Positions 13,901 to 29,707 of a stretch of 64,000 bases of DNA are shown here, piece after piece. The number at the start of each line of letters is the position of its first letter. The first letter of the stretch is position 1. Location: the NCBI RefSeq assembly GCF_009914755.1, contig NC_060925.1; one strand, given 5' to 3'. The position numbers and the translations under genes were made by a program. This DNA comes from the human T2T-CHM13v2.0 reference genome, Homo sapiens. The notes below the pieces were generated by a model, which worked only from the letters and a program-made list of their open reading frames with translations, did not search any database and was not told the DNA's origin.

Positions 13901-16900
13901 GAATAGAATCGAATGGAACAATCATCGAATGGACTCAAATGGAATTATCCTCCAATGGAATCGAATGGAATTATCGAATGCAATCGAATGGAATTATCGA
14001 ATGCAATCGAATAGAATCATCGAATGGACTCGAATGGAATCATCGAATGGAATGGAATGGAACAGTCAATGAACTCGAATGGAATCATCATTGAATGGAA
14101 TCGAATGGAATCATCGAGTGGAATCGAATGGAATTATGATCAAATGGAATCGAATGTAATCATCATCAAATGGAATCAAAAATAACCATCATCAATTGGT
14201 ATTGAATGGAATTGTCATCAAATGGAATTCAAAGGAATCATCATCAAATGGAACCGAATGGAATCCTCATTGAATGGAAATGAAAGGGGTCATCATCTAA
14301 TGGAATCGCATGGAATCATCATCAAATGGAATCGAATGGAATCATCATCAAATGGAATCTAATGGAATCATTGAACAGAATTGAATGGAATGGTCATCGA
14401 ATGAATTGAATGCAATCATCGAATGGTCTCGAATGGAATCATCTTCTAATGGAAAGGAATGGAATCATCGCATAGAATCGAATGGAATTATCATCGAATG
14501 GAATCGAATGGTATCAACACCAAACGGAAAAAAACGGAATTATCGAATGGAATCGAAGAGAATCTTCGAACGGACCCGAATGGAATCATCTAATGGAATG
14601 GAATGGAATAATCCATGGACTCGAATGCAATCATCATCGAATGGAATCGAATGGAATCATCGAATGGACTCGAATGGAATAATCATTGAACGGAATCGAT
14701 TGGAATCATCATCGGATGGAAACGAATGGAATCATCATCGAATGGAAATGAAAGGAGTCATCATCTAATGGAATTGCATGGAATCATCATAAAATGGAAT
14801 CGAATGGAATCAACATCAAATGGAATCAAATGGAATCATTGAACGGAATTGAATGGAATCGTCATCGAATGAATTGAATGCAATCATCCAATGGTCTCGA
14901 ATGGAATCATCTTCAAATGGAATGGAATGGAATCATCGCATAGAATCGAATGGAATTATCATCGAATGGAATCGAATGGAATCAACATCCAACGGAAAAA
15001 AACGGAATTATCGAATGGAATCGAAGAGAATCATCGAATGGACCCGAATGGAATCATCTAATGGAATGGAATGGAATAATCCATGGACTCGAATGCAATC
15101 ATCATCGAATGGAATCGAATGGAATCATCGAATGGACTCGAATGGAATAATCATTGAACGGAATCGAATGGAATCATCATCGGATGGAAATGAATGGAAT
15201 CATCATCGAATGGAATCGAATAGAATTATGGAATGAAATCCAGTGTGATCATCATCGAATGGACCCGAATGGAATCATCATCCAACGGAAGCTAATGGAA
15301 TCAACATCGAATGAATCAAATGGAAACACCATCGAATTGAAACGAATGGAATTATCATGAAATTGAAATGGATGGACTCATCATCGAATGGATTCGAATG
15401 GAATCATTGAATAAAATTGATTGAAATCATCATCGAATGGAATCGAATGGTATCATTGAATGGAATCGAATGGAATCATCATCAGATGGAAATGAATGGA
15501 ATCGTCATAGAATGGAATCGAATGGATTCATTGAATGGAATCAGATGGAATCATCGAATGGACTGGAATGGAATCATTGAATGGACTCGAAAGGGATCAT
15601 TATTGAATGGAATTGAATGGAAGCATCGAATGGTCTCGATTGGAATCATTATCAAATGGAATCGAATGGAATCACCGAATAGAATCGAATGGAACAATCA
15701 TCGAATGGACTCAAATGGAATTATCCTCCAATGGAATCGAATGGAATTATCGAATGCAATCGAATGGAATTATCGAATGCAATCGAATGGAATTATCGAA
15801 TGCAATCGAATAGAATCATCGAATGGACTCGAATGGAATCATCGAATGGAATGGAATGGAACAGTCAATGAACTCGAATGGAATCATCATTGAATGGAAT
15901 CGAATGGAATCATCGAGTGGAATCGAATGGAATTATGATCAAATGGAATCGAATGTAATCATCATCAAATGGAATTAAAAATAACCATCATCAATAGGTA
16001 TTGAATGAATTGTCATCAAATGGAATTCAAAGGAATCATCATCAAATGGAACCGAATGGAATCCTCATTGAATGGAAATGAAAGGGGTCATCATCTAATG
16101 GAATCGCATGGAATCATCATCAAATGGAATCGAATGGAATCATCATCAAATGGAATCTAATGGAATCATTGAACAGAATTGAATGGAATCGTCATCGAAT
16201 GAATTGAATGCAATCATCGAATGGTCTCGAATGGAATCATCTTCTAATGGAAAGGAATGGAATCATCGCATAGAATCGAATGGAATTATCATCGAATGGA
16301 ATCGAATGGTATCAACACCAAACGGAAAAAAACGGAATTATCGAATGGAATCGAAGAGAATCTTCGAACGGACCCGAATGGAATCATCTAATGGAATGGA
16401 ATGGAATAATCCATGGACTGGAATGCAATCATCATCGAATGGAATCGAATGGAATCATCGAATGGACTCGAATGGAATAATCATTGAACGGAATCGAATG
16501 GAATCATCACCGGATGGAAACGAATGGAATCATCATCGAATGGAAATGAAAGGAGTCATCATCTAATGGAATTGCATGGAATCATCATAAAATGGAATCG
16601 AATGGAATCAACATCAAATGGAATCAAATGGAATAATTGAACGGAATTGAATGGAATCGTCATCGAATGAATTGAATGCAATCATCGAATGGTCTAGAAT
16701 GGAATCATCTTCAAATGGAATGGAATGGAATCATCGCATAGAATCGAATGGAAGTATCATCGAATGGAATCGAATGGAATCAACATCAAACGGAAAAAAA
16801 CGGAATTATCGAATGGAATCGAAGAGAATCTTCGAACGGACCCGAATGGAATCATCTAATGGAATGGAATGGAATAATCCATGGACTCGAATGCAATCAT

Positions 16901-17931
16901 CATCGAATGGAATCGAATGGAATCATCGAATGGACTCGAATGGAATAATCATTGAACGGAATCTAATGGATTCATCATCGGATGGAAATGAATGGAATCA
17001 TCATCGAATGGAATCGAATAGAATTATGGAATGAAATCCAGTGTGATCATCATCGAATGAACCCGAATGGAATCATCATCCAACGGAAGCTAATGGAATC
17101 AACATCGAATGAATCGAATGGAAACACCATCGAATTGAAACGAATGGAATTATCTTGAAATTGAAATGGATGGACTCATCATCGAATGGATTCGAATGGA
17201 ATCATCGAATAAAATTGATTGAAATCATCATCCAATGGAATCGAATGGTATCATTGAATGGAATCGAATGGAATCATCATCAGATGGAAATGAATGGAAT
17301 CGTCATAGAATGGAATCGAATGGATTCATTGAATGGAATCAGATGGAATCATCGAATGGACTGGAATGGAATCATTGAATGGACTCGAAAGGGATCATGA
17401 TTGAATGGAATTGAATGGAATCATCGAATGGTCTCGATTGGAATCATTATCAAATGGAATCGAATGGAATCACCGAATAGAATCGAATGGAACAATCATC
17501 GAATGGACTCAAATGGAATTATCCTCCAATGGAATCGAATGGAATTATCGAATGCAATCGAATGGAATTATCGAATGCAATCGAATAGAATCATCGAATG
17601 GACTCGAATGGAATCATCGAATGGAATGGAATGGAACAGTCAATGAACTCGAATGGAATCATCATTGAATGGAATCGAATGGAATCATTGAGTGGAATCG
17701 AATGGAATTATGATCAAATGGAATCGAATATAATCATCATCAAATGGAATCAAAAATAACCATCATCAATTGGTATTGAATGGAATTCTCATCAAATGGA
17801 ATTCAAAGGAATCATCATCAAATGGAACTGAATGGAATCCTCATTGAATGGAAATGAAAGGGTCATCATCTAATGGAATCGCATGGAAGCATCATCAAAT
17901 GGAATCTGATGGAATCATTGAACAGAATTGA

Positions 17932-18546
17932 ATGGAATCGTCATCGAATGAATTGAATGCAATCATCGAATGGTCTCGAATATAATCACATTCTAATGGA
18001 AAGGAATGGAATCATCGCATAGAATCGAATGGAATTAACATTGAATGGACTCGAATGGAATCAACATCAAACGGAATCAAGCGGAATTATCGAATGGAAT
18101 CGAAGAGAATCATCGAATGGTCTCGAATGGAATCATCTTCTAATGGAAAGGAATGGAATCATCGCATAGAATCGAATGGAATTAACATTGAATGGACTCG
18201 AATGGAATCAACATCAAATGGAATCAAGCGGAATTATCGAATGAAATCGAAGAGAATCATCGAATGGACTCGAATGGAATCATCTAATGGAATGGAATGG
18301 AATAATCCACGGACTCGAATGCAATCATCATCGTATAGAATCGAATGGAATCATCGAATGGACTCGAATGGAATAACCATTGAACGGAATCGAATGGAAT
18401 CATCATCGGATGGAAACGAATGGAATCATCATCGAATGGAAATGAAAGGAGTCATCATCTAATGGAATTGCATGGAATCATCATAAAATGGAATCGAATG
18501 GAATCAACATCAAATGGAATCAAATGGAATCATTGAACGGAATTGA
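17932..18546 (+). repeat. Divergent C-type subunit with 147-bp internal duplication (615 bp); also at 21621, 26850 and 31016
   Basis: ATTAACATTGAATGGACTCG and GAATCAAGCGG each occur twice, 147 bp apart. Also carries CCACGG, TCGTATAGA and ATAACC. Spacing to the next subunit is 615 = 468+147. Confidence 0.85.
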
Positions 18547-21500
18547 ATGGAATCGTCATCGAATGAATTGACTGCAATCATCGAATGGTCTCGAATGGAA
18601 TCATCTTCAAATGGAATGGAATGGAATCATCGCATAGAATCGAATGGAATTATCATCGAATGGAATCGAATGGAATCAACATCAAACGGAAAAAAACGGA
18701 ATTATCAAATGGAATCGAAGAGAATCATCGAATGGACCCGAATGGAATCATCTAATGGAATGGAATGGAATAATCCATGGACTCGAATGCAATCATCATC
18801 GAATGGAATCGAATGGAATCATCGAATGGACTTGAATGGAATAATCATTGAACGGAATCGAATGGAATCATCATCGGATGGAAATGAATGGAATCATCAT
18901 CGAATGGAATCGAATAGAATTATGGAATGAAATCCAGTGTGATCATCATCGAATGGACCCGAATGGAATCATCATCCAACGGAAGCTAATGGAATCAACA
19001 TCGAATGAATCAAATGGAAACACCATCGAATTGAAACGAATGGAATTATCATGAAATTGAAATGGATGGACTCATCATCGAATGGATTCGAATGGAATCA
19101 TCGAATAAAATTGATTGAAATCATCATCGAATGGAATCGAATGGTATCATTGAATGGAATCGAATGGAATCATCATCAGATGGAAATGAATGGAATCGTC
19201 ATAGAATGGAATCGAATGGATTCATTGAATGGAATCAGATGGAATCATCGAATGGACTGGAATGGAATCATTGAATGGACTCGAAAGGGATCATGATTGA
19301 ATGGAATTGAATGGAATCATCGAATGGTCTCGATTGGAATCATTATCAAATGGAATCGAATGGAATCACCGAATAGAATCGAATGGAACAATCATCGAAT
19401 GGACTCAAATGGAATTATCCTCAAATGGAATCGAATGGAATTATCAAATGCAATCGAATGGAATTGTCGAATGCAATCGAATAGAATCATCGAATGGACT
19501 CGAATGGAATCATCGAATGGAATGGAATGGAACAGTCAATGAACTCGAATGGAATCATCATTGAATGGAATCGAATGGAATCATCGAGTGGAATCGAATG
19601 GAATTATGATCAAATGGAATCGAATGTAATCATCATCAAATGGAATCAAAAATAACCATCATCAATTGGTATTGAATGGAATTGTCATCAAATGGAATTC
19701 AAAGGAATCATCATCAAATGGAACCGAATGGAATCCTCATTGAATGGAAATGAAAGGGGTCATCATCTAATGGAATCGCATGGAATCATCATCAAATGGA
19801 ATCGAATGGAATCATCATCAAATGGAATCTAATGGAATCATTGAACAGAATTGAATGGAATCGTCATCGAATGAATTGAATGCAATCATCGAATGGTCTC
19901 GAATGGAATCATCTTCTAATGGAAAGGAATGGAATCATCGCATAGAATCGAATGGAATTATCATCGAATGGAATCGAATGGTATCAACACCAAACGGAAA
20001 AAAACGGAATTATCGAATGGAATCGAAGAGAATCTTCGAACGGACCCGAATGGAATCATCTAATGGAATGGAATGGAATAATCCATGGACTCGAATGCAA
20101 TCATCATCGAATGGAATGGAATGGAATCATCGAATGGACTCGAATGGAATAATCATTGAACGGAATCGAATGGAATCATCATCGGATGGAAACGAATGGA
20201 ATCATCATCGAATGGAAATGAAAGGAGTCATCATCTAATGGAATTGCATGGAATCATCATAAAATGGAATCGAATGGAATCAACATAAAATGGAATCAAA
20301 TGGAATCATTGAACGGAATTGAATGGAATCGTCATCGAATGAATTGAATGCAATCATCGAATGGTCTAGAATGGAATCATCTTCAAATGGAATGGAATGG
20401 AATCATCGCATAGAATCGAATGCAATTATCATCGAATGGAATCAACATCAAACGGAAAAAAACGGAATTATCAAATGGAATCGAAGAGAATCATCGAATG
20501 GACCCGAATGGAATCATCTAATGGAATGGAATGGAATAATCCATGGACTCGAATGCAATCATCATCGAATGGAATCGAATGGAATCATCGAATGGACTTG
20601 AATGGAATAATCATTGAACGGAATCGAATGGAATCATCATCGGATGGAAATGAATGGAATCATGATCGAATGGAATCGAATAGAATTATGGAATGAAATC
20701 CAGTGTGATCATCATCGAATGAACCCGAATGGAATCATCATCCAACGGAAGCTAATGGAATCAACATCGAATGAATCGAATGGAAACACCATCGAATTGA
20801 AACGAATGGAATTATCTTGAAATTGTAATGGATGGACTCATCATCGAATGGATTCGAATGGAATCATCGAATAAAATTGATTGAAATCATCATCCAATGG
20901 AATCGAATGGTATCATTGAATGGAATCGAATGGAATCATCATCAGATGGAAATGAATGGAATCGTCATAGAATGGAATCGAATGGATTCATTGAATGGAA
21001 TCAGATGGAATCATCGAATGGACTGGAATGGAATCATTGAATGGACTCAAAAGGGATCATGATTGAATGGAATTGAATGGAATCATCGAATGGTCTCGAT
21101 TGGAATCATTATCAAATGGAATCGAATGGAATCACCGAATAGAATCGAATGGAACAATCATCGAATGGACTCAAATGGAATTATCCTCCAATGGAATCGA
21201 ATGGAATTATCGAATGCAATCGAATGGAATTATCGAATGCAATCGAATAGAATCATCGAATGGACTCGAATGGAATCATCGAATGGAATGGAATGGAACA
21301 GTCAATGAACTCGAATGGAATCATCATTGAATGGAATCGAATGGAATCATCGAGTGGAATCGAATGGAATTATGATCAAATGGAATCGAATATAATCATC
21401 ATCAAATGGAATCAGAAATAACCATCATCAATTGGTATTGAATGGAATTCTCATCAAATGGAATTCAAAGGAATCATCATCAAATGGAACTGAATGGAAT

Positions 21501-24010
21501 CCTCATTGAATGGAAATGAAAGGGGTCATCATCTAATGGAATCGCATGGAATCATCATCAAATGGAATCGAATGGAATCATCATCAAATGGAATCTGATG
21601 GAATCATTGAACAGAATTGAATGGAATCGTCATCGAATGAATTGAATGCAATCATCGAATGGTCTCGAATGTAATCACATTCTAATGGAAAGGAATGGAA
21701 TCATCGCATAGAATCGAATGGAATTAACATTGAATGGACTCGAATGGAATCAACATCAAACGGAATCAAGCGGAATTATCGAATGGAATCGAAGAGAATC
21801 ATCGAATGGTCTCGAATGGAATCATCTTCTAATGGAAAGGAATGGAATCATCGCATAGAATCGAATAGAATTAACATTGAATGGACTCGAATGGAATCAA
21901 CATCAAATGGAATCAAGCGGAATTATCGAATGAAATCGAAGAGAATCATCGAATGGACTCGAATGGAATCATCTAATGGAATGGAATGGAATAATCCACG
22001 GACTCGAATGCAATCATCATCGTATAGAATCGAATGGAATCATCGAATGGACTCGAATGGAATAACCATTGAACGGAATCGAATGGAATCATCATCGGAT
22101 GGAAACGAATGGAATCATCATCGAATGGAAATGTAAGGAGTCATCATCTAATGGAATTGCATGGAATCATCATAAAATGGAATCGAATGGAATCATCATC
22201 AAATGGAATCTAATGGAATCATTGAACAGAATTGAATGGAATCGTCATCGAATGAATTGAATGCAATCATCGAATGGTCTCGAATGGAATCATCTTCTAA
22301 TGGAAAGGAATGGAATCATCGCATGGAATCGAATGGAATTATCATCGAATGGAATCGAATGGTATCAACACCAAACGGAAAAAAACGGAATTATCGAATG
22401 GAATCGAAGAGAATCTTCGAACGGACCCGAATGGAATCATCTAATGGAATGGAATGGAATAATCCATGGACTCGAATGCAATCATCATCGAATGGAATCG
22501 AATGGAATCATCGAATGGACTCGAATGGAATAATCATTGAACGGAATCGAATGGAATCATCATCGGATGGAAACGAATGGAATCATCATCGAATGGAAAT
22601 GAAAGGAGTCATCATCTAATGGAATTGCATGGAATCATCATAAAATGGAATCGAATGGAATCAACATCAAATAGAATCAAATGGAATCATTGAACGGAAT
22701 TGAATGGAATCGTCATCGAATGAATTGACTGCAATCATCCAATGGTCTCGAATGGAATCATCTTCAAATGGAATGGAATGGAATCATCGCATAGAATCGA
22801 ATGGAATTATCATCGAATGGAATCGAATGGAATCAACATCAAACGGAAAAAAACGGAATTATCGACTGGAATCGAAGAGAATCATCGAATGGACCCGAAT
22901 GGAATCATCTAATGGAATGGAATGGAATAATCCATGGACTCGAATGCAATCATCATCGAATGGAATCGAATGGAATCATCGAATGGACTCGAATGGAATA
23001 ATCATTGAACGGAATCGAATGAAATCATCATCGGATGGAAATGAATGGAATCATCATCGAATGGAATCGAATAGAATTATGGAATGAAACCCAGTGTGAT
23101 CATCATCGAATGGACCCGAATGGAATCATCATCCAACGGAAGCTAATGGAATCAACATCGAATGAATCGAATGGAAACACCATCGAATTGAAACGAATGG
23201 AATTATCATGAAATTGAAATGGATGGACTCATCATCGAATGGATTCGAATGGAATCATCGAATAAAATTGATTGAAATCATCATCCAATGGAATCGAATG
23301 GTATCATTGAATGGAATCGAATGGAATCATCATCAGATGGAAATGAATGGAATCGTCATAGAATGGAATCGAATGGATTCATTGAATGGAATCAGATGGA
23401 ATCATCGAATGGACTGGAATGGAATCATTGAATGGACTCGAAAGGGATCATTATTGAATGGAATTGAATGGAATCATCGAATGGTCTCGATTCAATCATT
23501 ATCAAATGGAATCGAATGGAATCACCGAATAGAATCGAATGGAACAATCATCGAATGGACTCAAATGGAATTATCCTCCAATGGAATCGAATGGAATTAT
23601 CGAATGCAATCGAATGGAATTATCGAATGCAATCGAATAGAATCATCGAATGGACTCGAATGGAATCATCGAATGGAATGGAATGGAACAGTCAATGAAC
23701 TCGAATGGAATCATCATTGAATGGAATCGAATGGAATCATCGAGTGGAATCGAATGGAATTATGATCAAATGGAATCGAATGTAATCATCATCAAATGGA
23801 ATTAAAAATAACCATCATCAATAGGTATTGAATGGAATTGTCATCAAATGGAATTCAAAGGAATCATCATCAAATGGAACCGAATGGAATCCTCATTGAA
23901 TGGAAATGAAAGGGGTCATCATCTAATGGAATCGCATGGAATCATCATCAAATGGAATCGAATGGAATCATCATCAAATGGAATCTAATGGAATCATTGA
24001 ACAGAATTGA

Positions 24011-24478
24011 ATGGAATCGTCATCGAATGAATTGAATGCAATCATCGAATGGTCTCGAATGGAATCATCTTCTAATGGAAAGGAATGGAATCATCGCATA
24101 GAATCGAATGGAATTAACATTGAATGGACTCGAATGGAATCAACATCAAATGGAATCAAGCGGAATTATCGAATGAAATCGAAGAGAATCATCGAATGGA
24201 CTCGAATGGAATCATCTAATGGAATGGAATGGAATAATCCACGGACTCGAATGCAATCATCATCGTATAGAATCGAATGGAATCATCGAATGGACTCGAA
24301 TGGAATAACCATTGAACGGAATCGAATGGAATCATCATCGGATGGAAACGAATGGAATCATCATCGAATGGAAATGAAAGGAGTCATCATCTAATGGAAT
24401 TGCATGGAATCATCATAAAATGGAATCGAATGGAATCAACATCAAATGGAATCAAATGGAATCATTGAACGGAATTGA
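24011..24478 (+). repeat. C-type subunit without the 147-bp duplication (also 37199-37666)
   Basis: Same diagnostic substitutions (ATTAACATTG, ATCAAGCGG, CCACGG, TCGTATAG, ATAACC) with normal 468-bp length. Confidence 0.82.
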
Positions 24479-25786
24479 ATGGAATCGTCATCGAATGAAT
24501 TGACTGCAATCATCGAATGGTCTCGAATGGAATCATCTTCAAATGGAATGGAATGGAATCATCGCATAGAATCGAATGGAATTATCATCGAATGGAATCG
24601 AATGGAATCAACATCAAACGGAAAAAAACGGAATTATCAAATGGAATCGAAGAGAATCATCGAATGGACCCGAATGGAATCATCTAATGGAATGGAATGG
24701 AATAATCCATGGACTCGAATGCAATCATCATCGAATGGAATCGAATGGAATCATCGAATGGACTCGAATGGAATAATCATTGAACGGAATCGAATGGAAT
24801 CATCATCGGATGGAAATGAATGGAATCATCATCGAATGGAATCGAATATAATTATGGAATGAAATCCAGTGTGATCATCATCGAATGGACCCGAATGGAA
24901 TCATCATCCAACGGAAGCTAATGGAATCAACATCGAATGAATCAAATGGAAACACCATCGAATTGAAACGAATGGAATTATCATGAAATTGAAATGGATG
25001 GACTCATCATCGAATGGATTCGAATGGAATCATCGAATAAAATTGATTGAAATCATCATCGAATGGAATCGAATGGTATCATTGAATGGAATCGAATGGA
25101 ATCATCATCAGATGGAAATGAATGGAATCGTCATAGAATGGAATCGAATGGATTCATTGAATGGAATCAGATGGAATCATCGAATGGACTGGAATGGAAT
25201 CATTGAATGGACTCGAAAGGGATCATGATTGAATGGAATTGAATGGAATCATCGAATGGTCTCGATTGGAATCATTATCAAATGGAATCGAATGGAATCA
25301 CCGAATAGAATCGAATGGAACAATCATCGAATGGACTCAAATGGAATTATCCTCAAATGGAATCGAATGGAATTATCGAATGCAATCGAATGGAATTATC
25401 GAATGCAATCGAATAGAATCATCGAATGGACTCGAATGGAATCATCGAATGGAATGGAATGGAACAGTCAATGAACTCGAATGGAATCATCATTGAATGG
25501 AATCGAATGGAATCATCGAGTGGAATCGAATGGAATTATGATTAAATGCAATCGAATGTAATCCTCATCAAATGGAATCAAAAATAACCATCATCAATTG
25601 GTATTGAATGGAATTGTCATCAAATGGAATTCAAAGGAATCATCATCAAATGGAACCGAATGGAATCCTCATTGAATGGAAATGAAAGGGGTCATCATCT
25701 AATGGAATCGCATGGAATCATCATCAAAAGGAATCGAATGGAATCATCATCAAATGGAATCTAATGGAATCATTGAACAGAATTGA

Positions 25787-26849
25787 ATGGAATCGTCATC
25801 GAATGAATTGAATGCAATCATCGAATGGTCTCGAATGGAATCATCTTCTAATGGAAAGGAATGGAATCATCGCATAGAATCGAATGGAATTATCATCGAA
25901 TGGAATCGAATGGTATCAACACCAAACGGAAAAAAACGGAATTATCGAATGGAATCGAAGAGAATCTTCGAACGGACCCGAATGGAATCATCTAATGGAA
26001 TGGAATGGAATAATCCATGGACTCGAATGCAATCATCATCGAATGGAATCGAATGGAATCATCGAATGGACACGAATGGAATAATCATTGAACGGAATCG
26101 AATGGAATCATCATCGGATGGAAACGAATGGAATCATCATCGAATGGAAATGAAAGGAGTCATCATCTAATGGAATTGCATGGAATCATCATAAAATGGA
26201 ATCGAATGGAATCAACATCAAATCGAATCAAACGGAATCATTGAACAGAATTGAATGGAATCGTCATCGAATGAATTGACTGCAATCATCGAATGGTCTC
26301 GAATGGAATCATCTTCAAATGGAATGGAATGGAATCATCGCATAGAATCGAATGGAATTATCACCGAATGGAATCGAATGGAATCAACATCAAACGGAAA
26401 AAAACGGAATTATCGAATGGAATCGAAGAGAATCATCGAATGGACCCGAATGGAATCATCTAATGGAATGGAATGGAATAATCCATGGACTCGAATGCAA
26501 TCATCATCGAATGGAATCGAATGGAATCATCGAATGAACTCGAATGGAATCATCATTGAATGGAATCGAATGGAATCATCGAGTGGAATCGAATGGAATT
26601 ATGATCAAATGGAATCGAATGTAATCATCATCAAATGGAATCAAAAATAACCATCATCAATTGGTATTGAATGGAATTGTCATCAAATGGAATTCAAAGG
26701 AATCATCATCAAATGGAACCGAATGGAATCCTCATTGAATGGAAATGAAAGGGGTCATCATCTAATGGAATCGCATGGAATCATCATCAAATGGAATCGA
26801 ATGGAATCATCATCAAATGGAATCTGATGGAATCATTGAACAGAATTGA
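25787..26849 (+). repeat. Short unit with a 713-bp deletion (1063 bp)
   Basis: B anchor 26255 to next unit start 26850 is 595 bp instead of 1308. Junction CATCGAATGAACTCGAATGGAATCATCATTG at ~26530. Confidence 0.83.
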
Positions 26850-29707
26850 ATGGAATCGTCATCGAATGAATTGAATGCAATCATCGAATGGTCTCGAATA
26901 TAATCACATTCTAATGGAAAGGAATGGAATCATCGCATAGAATCGAATGGAATTAACATTGAATGGACTCGAATGGAATCAACATCAAACGGAATCAAGC
27001 GGAATTATCGAATGGAATCGAAGAGAATCATCGAATGTTCTAGAATGGAATCATCTTCTAATGGAAAGGAATGGAATCATCGCATAGAATCGAATGGAAT
27101 TAACATTGAATGGACTCGAATGGAATCAACATCAAATGGAATCAAGCGGAATTATCGAATGAAATCGAAGAGAATCATCGAATGGACTCGAATGGAATCA
27201 TCTAATGGAATGGAATGGAATAATCCACGGACTCGAATGCAATCATCATCGTATAGAATCGAATGGAATCATCGAATGGACTCGAATGGAATAACCATTG
27301 AACGGAATCGAATGGAATCATCATCGGATGGAAACGAATGGAATCATCATCGAATGGAAATGAAAGGAGTCATCATCTAATGGAATTGCATGGAATCATC
27401 ATAAAATGGAATCGAATGGAATCAACATCAAATGGAATCAAATGGAATCATTGAACGGAATTGAATGGAATCGTCATCGAATGAATTGACTGCAATCATC
27501 GAATGGTCTCGAATGGAATCATCTTCAAATGGAATGGAATGGAATCATCGCATAGAATCGAATGGAATTATCATCGAATGGAATCGAATGGAATCAACAT
27601 CAAACGGAAAAAAACGGAATTATCAAATGGAATCGAAGAGAATCATCGAATGGACCCGAATGGAATCATCTAATGGAATGGAATGGAATAATCCATGGAC
27701 TCGAATGCAATCATCATCGAATGGAATCGAATGGAATCATCGAATGGACTCGAATGGAATAATCATTGAACGGAATCGAATGGAATCATCATCGGATGGA
27801 AACGAATGGAATCATCATCGAATGGAAATGAAAGGAGTCATCATCTAATGGAATTGCATGGAATCATCATAAAATGGAATCGAATGGAATCAACATCAAA
27901 TGGAATCAAATGGAATCATTGAACGGAATTGAATGGAATCGTCATCGAATGAATTGAATGCAATCATCGAATGGTCTCGAATGGAATCATCTTCTAATGG
28001 AAAGGAATGGAATCATCGCATAGAATCGAATGGAATTATCATCGAATGGAATCGAATGGTATCAACACCAAACGGAAAAAAACGGAATTATCGAATGGAA
28101 TCGAAGAGAATCTTCGAACGGACCCGAATGGAATCATCTAATGGAATGGAATGGAATAATCCATGGACTCGAATGCAATCATCATCGAATGGAAACGAAT
28201 GGAATCATCGAATGGACTCGAATGGAATAATCATTGAACGGAATCGATTGGAATCATCATCGGATGGAAACAAATGGAATCATCATCGAATGGAAATGAA
28301 AGGAGTCATCATCTAATGGAATTGCATGGAATCATCATAAAATGGAATCGAATGGAATCAACATCAAATGGAATCAAATGGAATCATTGAACGGAATTGA
28401 ATGGAATCTTCATCGAATGAATTGAATGCAATCATCGAATGGTCTCGAATGGAATCATCTTCAAATGGAATGGAATGGAATCATCGCATAGAATCGAATG
28501 GAATTATCATCGAATGGAATCGAATGGAATCAACATCAAACGGAAAAAAACGGAATTATCGAATGGAATCGAAGAGAATCATCGAACGGACCCGAATGGA
28601 ATCATCTAATGGAATGGAATGGAATAATCCATGGACTCGAATGCAATCATCATCCAATGGAATCGAATGGAATCATCGAATGGACTCGAATGGAATAATC
28701 ATTGAACGGAATCGAATGGAATCATCATCGGATGGAAATGAATGGAATCATCATCGAATGGAATCGAATATAATTATGGAATGAAATCCAGTGTGATCAT
28801 CATCGAATGGACCCGAATGGAATCATCATCCAACGGAAGCTAATGGAATCAACATCGAATGAATCGAATGGAAACACCATCGAATTGAAACGAATGGAAT
28901 TATCATGAAATTGAAATGGATGGACTCATCATCGAATGGATTCGAATGGAATCATCGAATAAAATTGATTGAAATCATCATCCAATGGAATCGAATGGTA
29001 TCATTGAATGGAATCGAATGGAATCATCATCAGATGGAAATGAATGGAATCGTCATAGAATGGAATCGAATGGATTCATTGAATGGAATCAGATGGAATC
29101 ATCGAATGGACTGGAATGGAATCATTGAATGGACTCGAAAGGGATCATGATTGAATGGAATTGAATGGAATCATCGAATGGTCTCGATTGGAATCATTAT
29201 CAAATGGAATCGAATGGAATCACCGAATAGAATCGAATGGAACAATCATCGAATGGACTCAAATGGAATTATCCTCAAATGGAATCGAATGGAATTATCA
29301 AATGCAATCGAAAGAATTATCGAATGCAATCGAATAGAATCATCGAATGGACTCGAATGGAATCATCGAATGGAATGGAATGGAACAGTCAATGAACTCG
29401 AATGGAATCATCATTGAATGGAATCGAATGGAATCATCGAGTGGAATCGAATGGAATTATGATCAAATGGAATCGAATGTTATCATCATCAAATGGAATC
29501 AAAAATAACCATCATCAATTGGTATTGAATGGAATTGTCATCAAATGGAATTCAAAGGAATCATCATCAAATGGAACCGAATGGAATCCTCATTGAATGG
29601 AAATGAAAGGGGTCATCATCTAATGGAATCGCATGGAATCATCATCAAATGGAATCGAATGGAATCATCATCAAATGGAATCTAATGGAATCATTGAACA
29701 GAATTGA
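26850..29707 (+). repeat. Expanded unit with four subunits (C+147, B, A, B)
   Basis: Subunit anchors at 26850, 27465, 27933 and 28401; next unit at 29708. Confidence 0.83.

Noticed and set aside
26255-26850. 713 = 31x23, 494 = 19x26 and 468 = 18x26 as exact monomer multiples
   Set aside because: The deleted or duplicated segments contain mixed 23-, 26- and other-length monomers, so the exact divisibility is probably coincidental.
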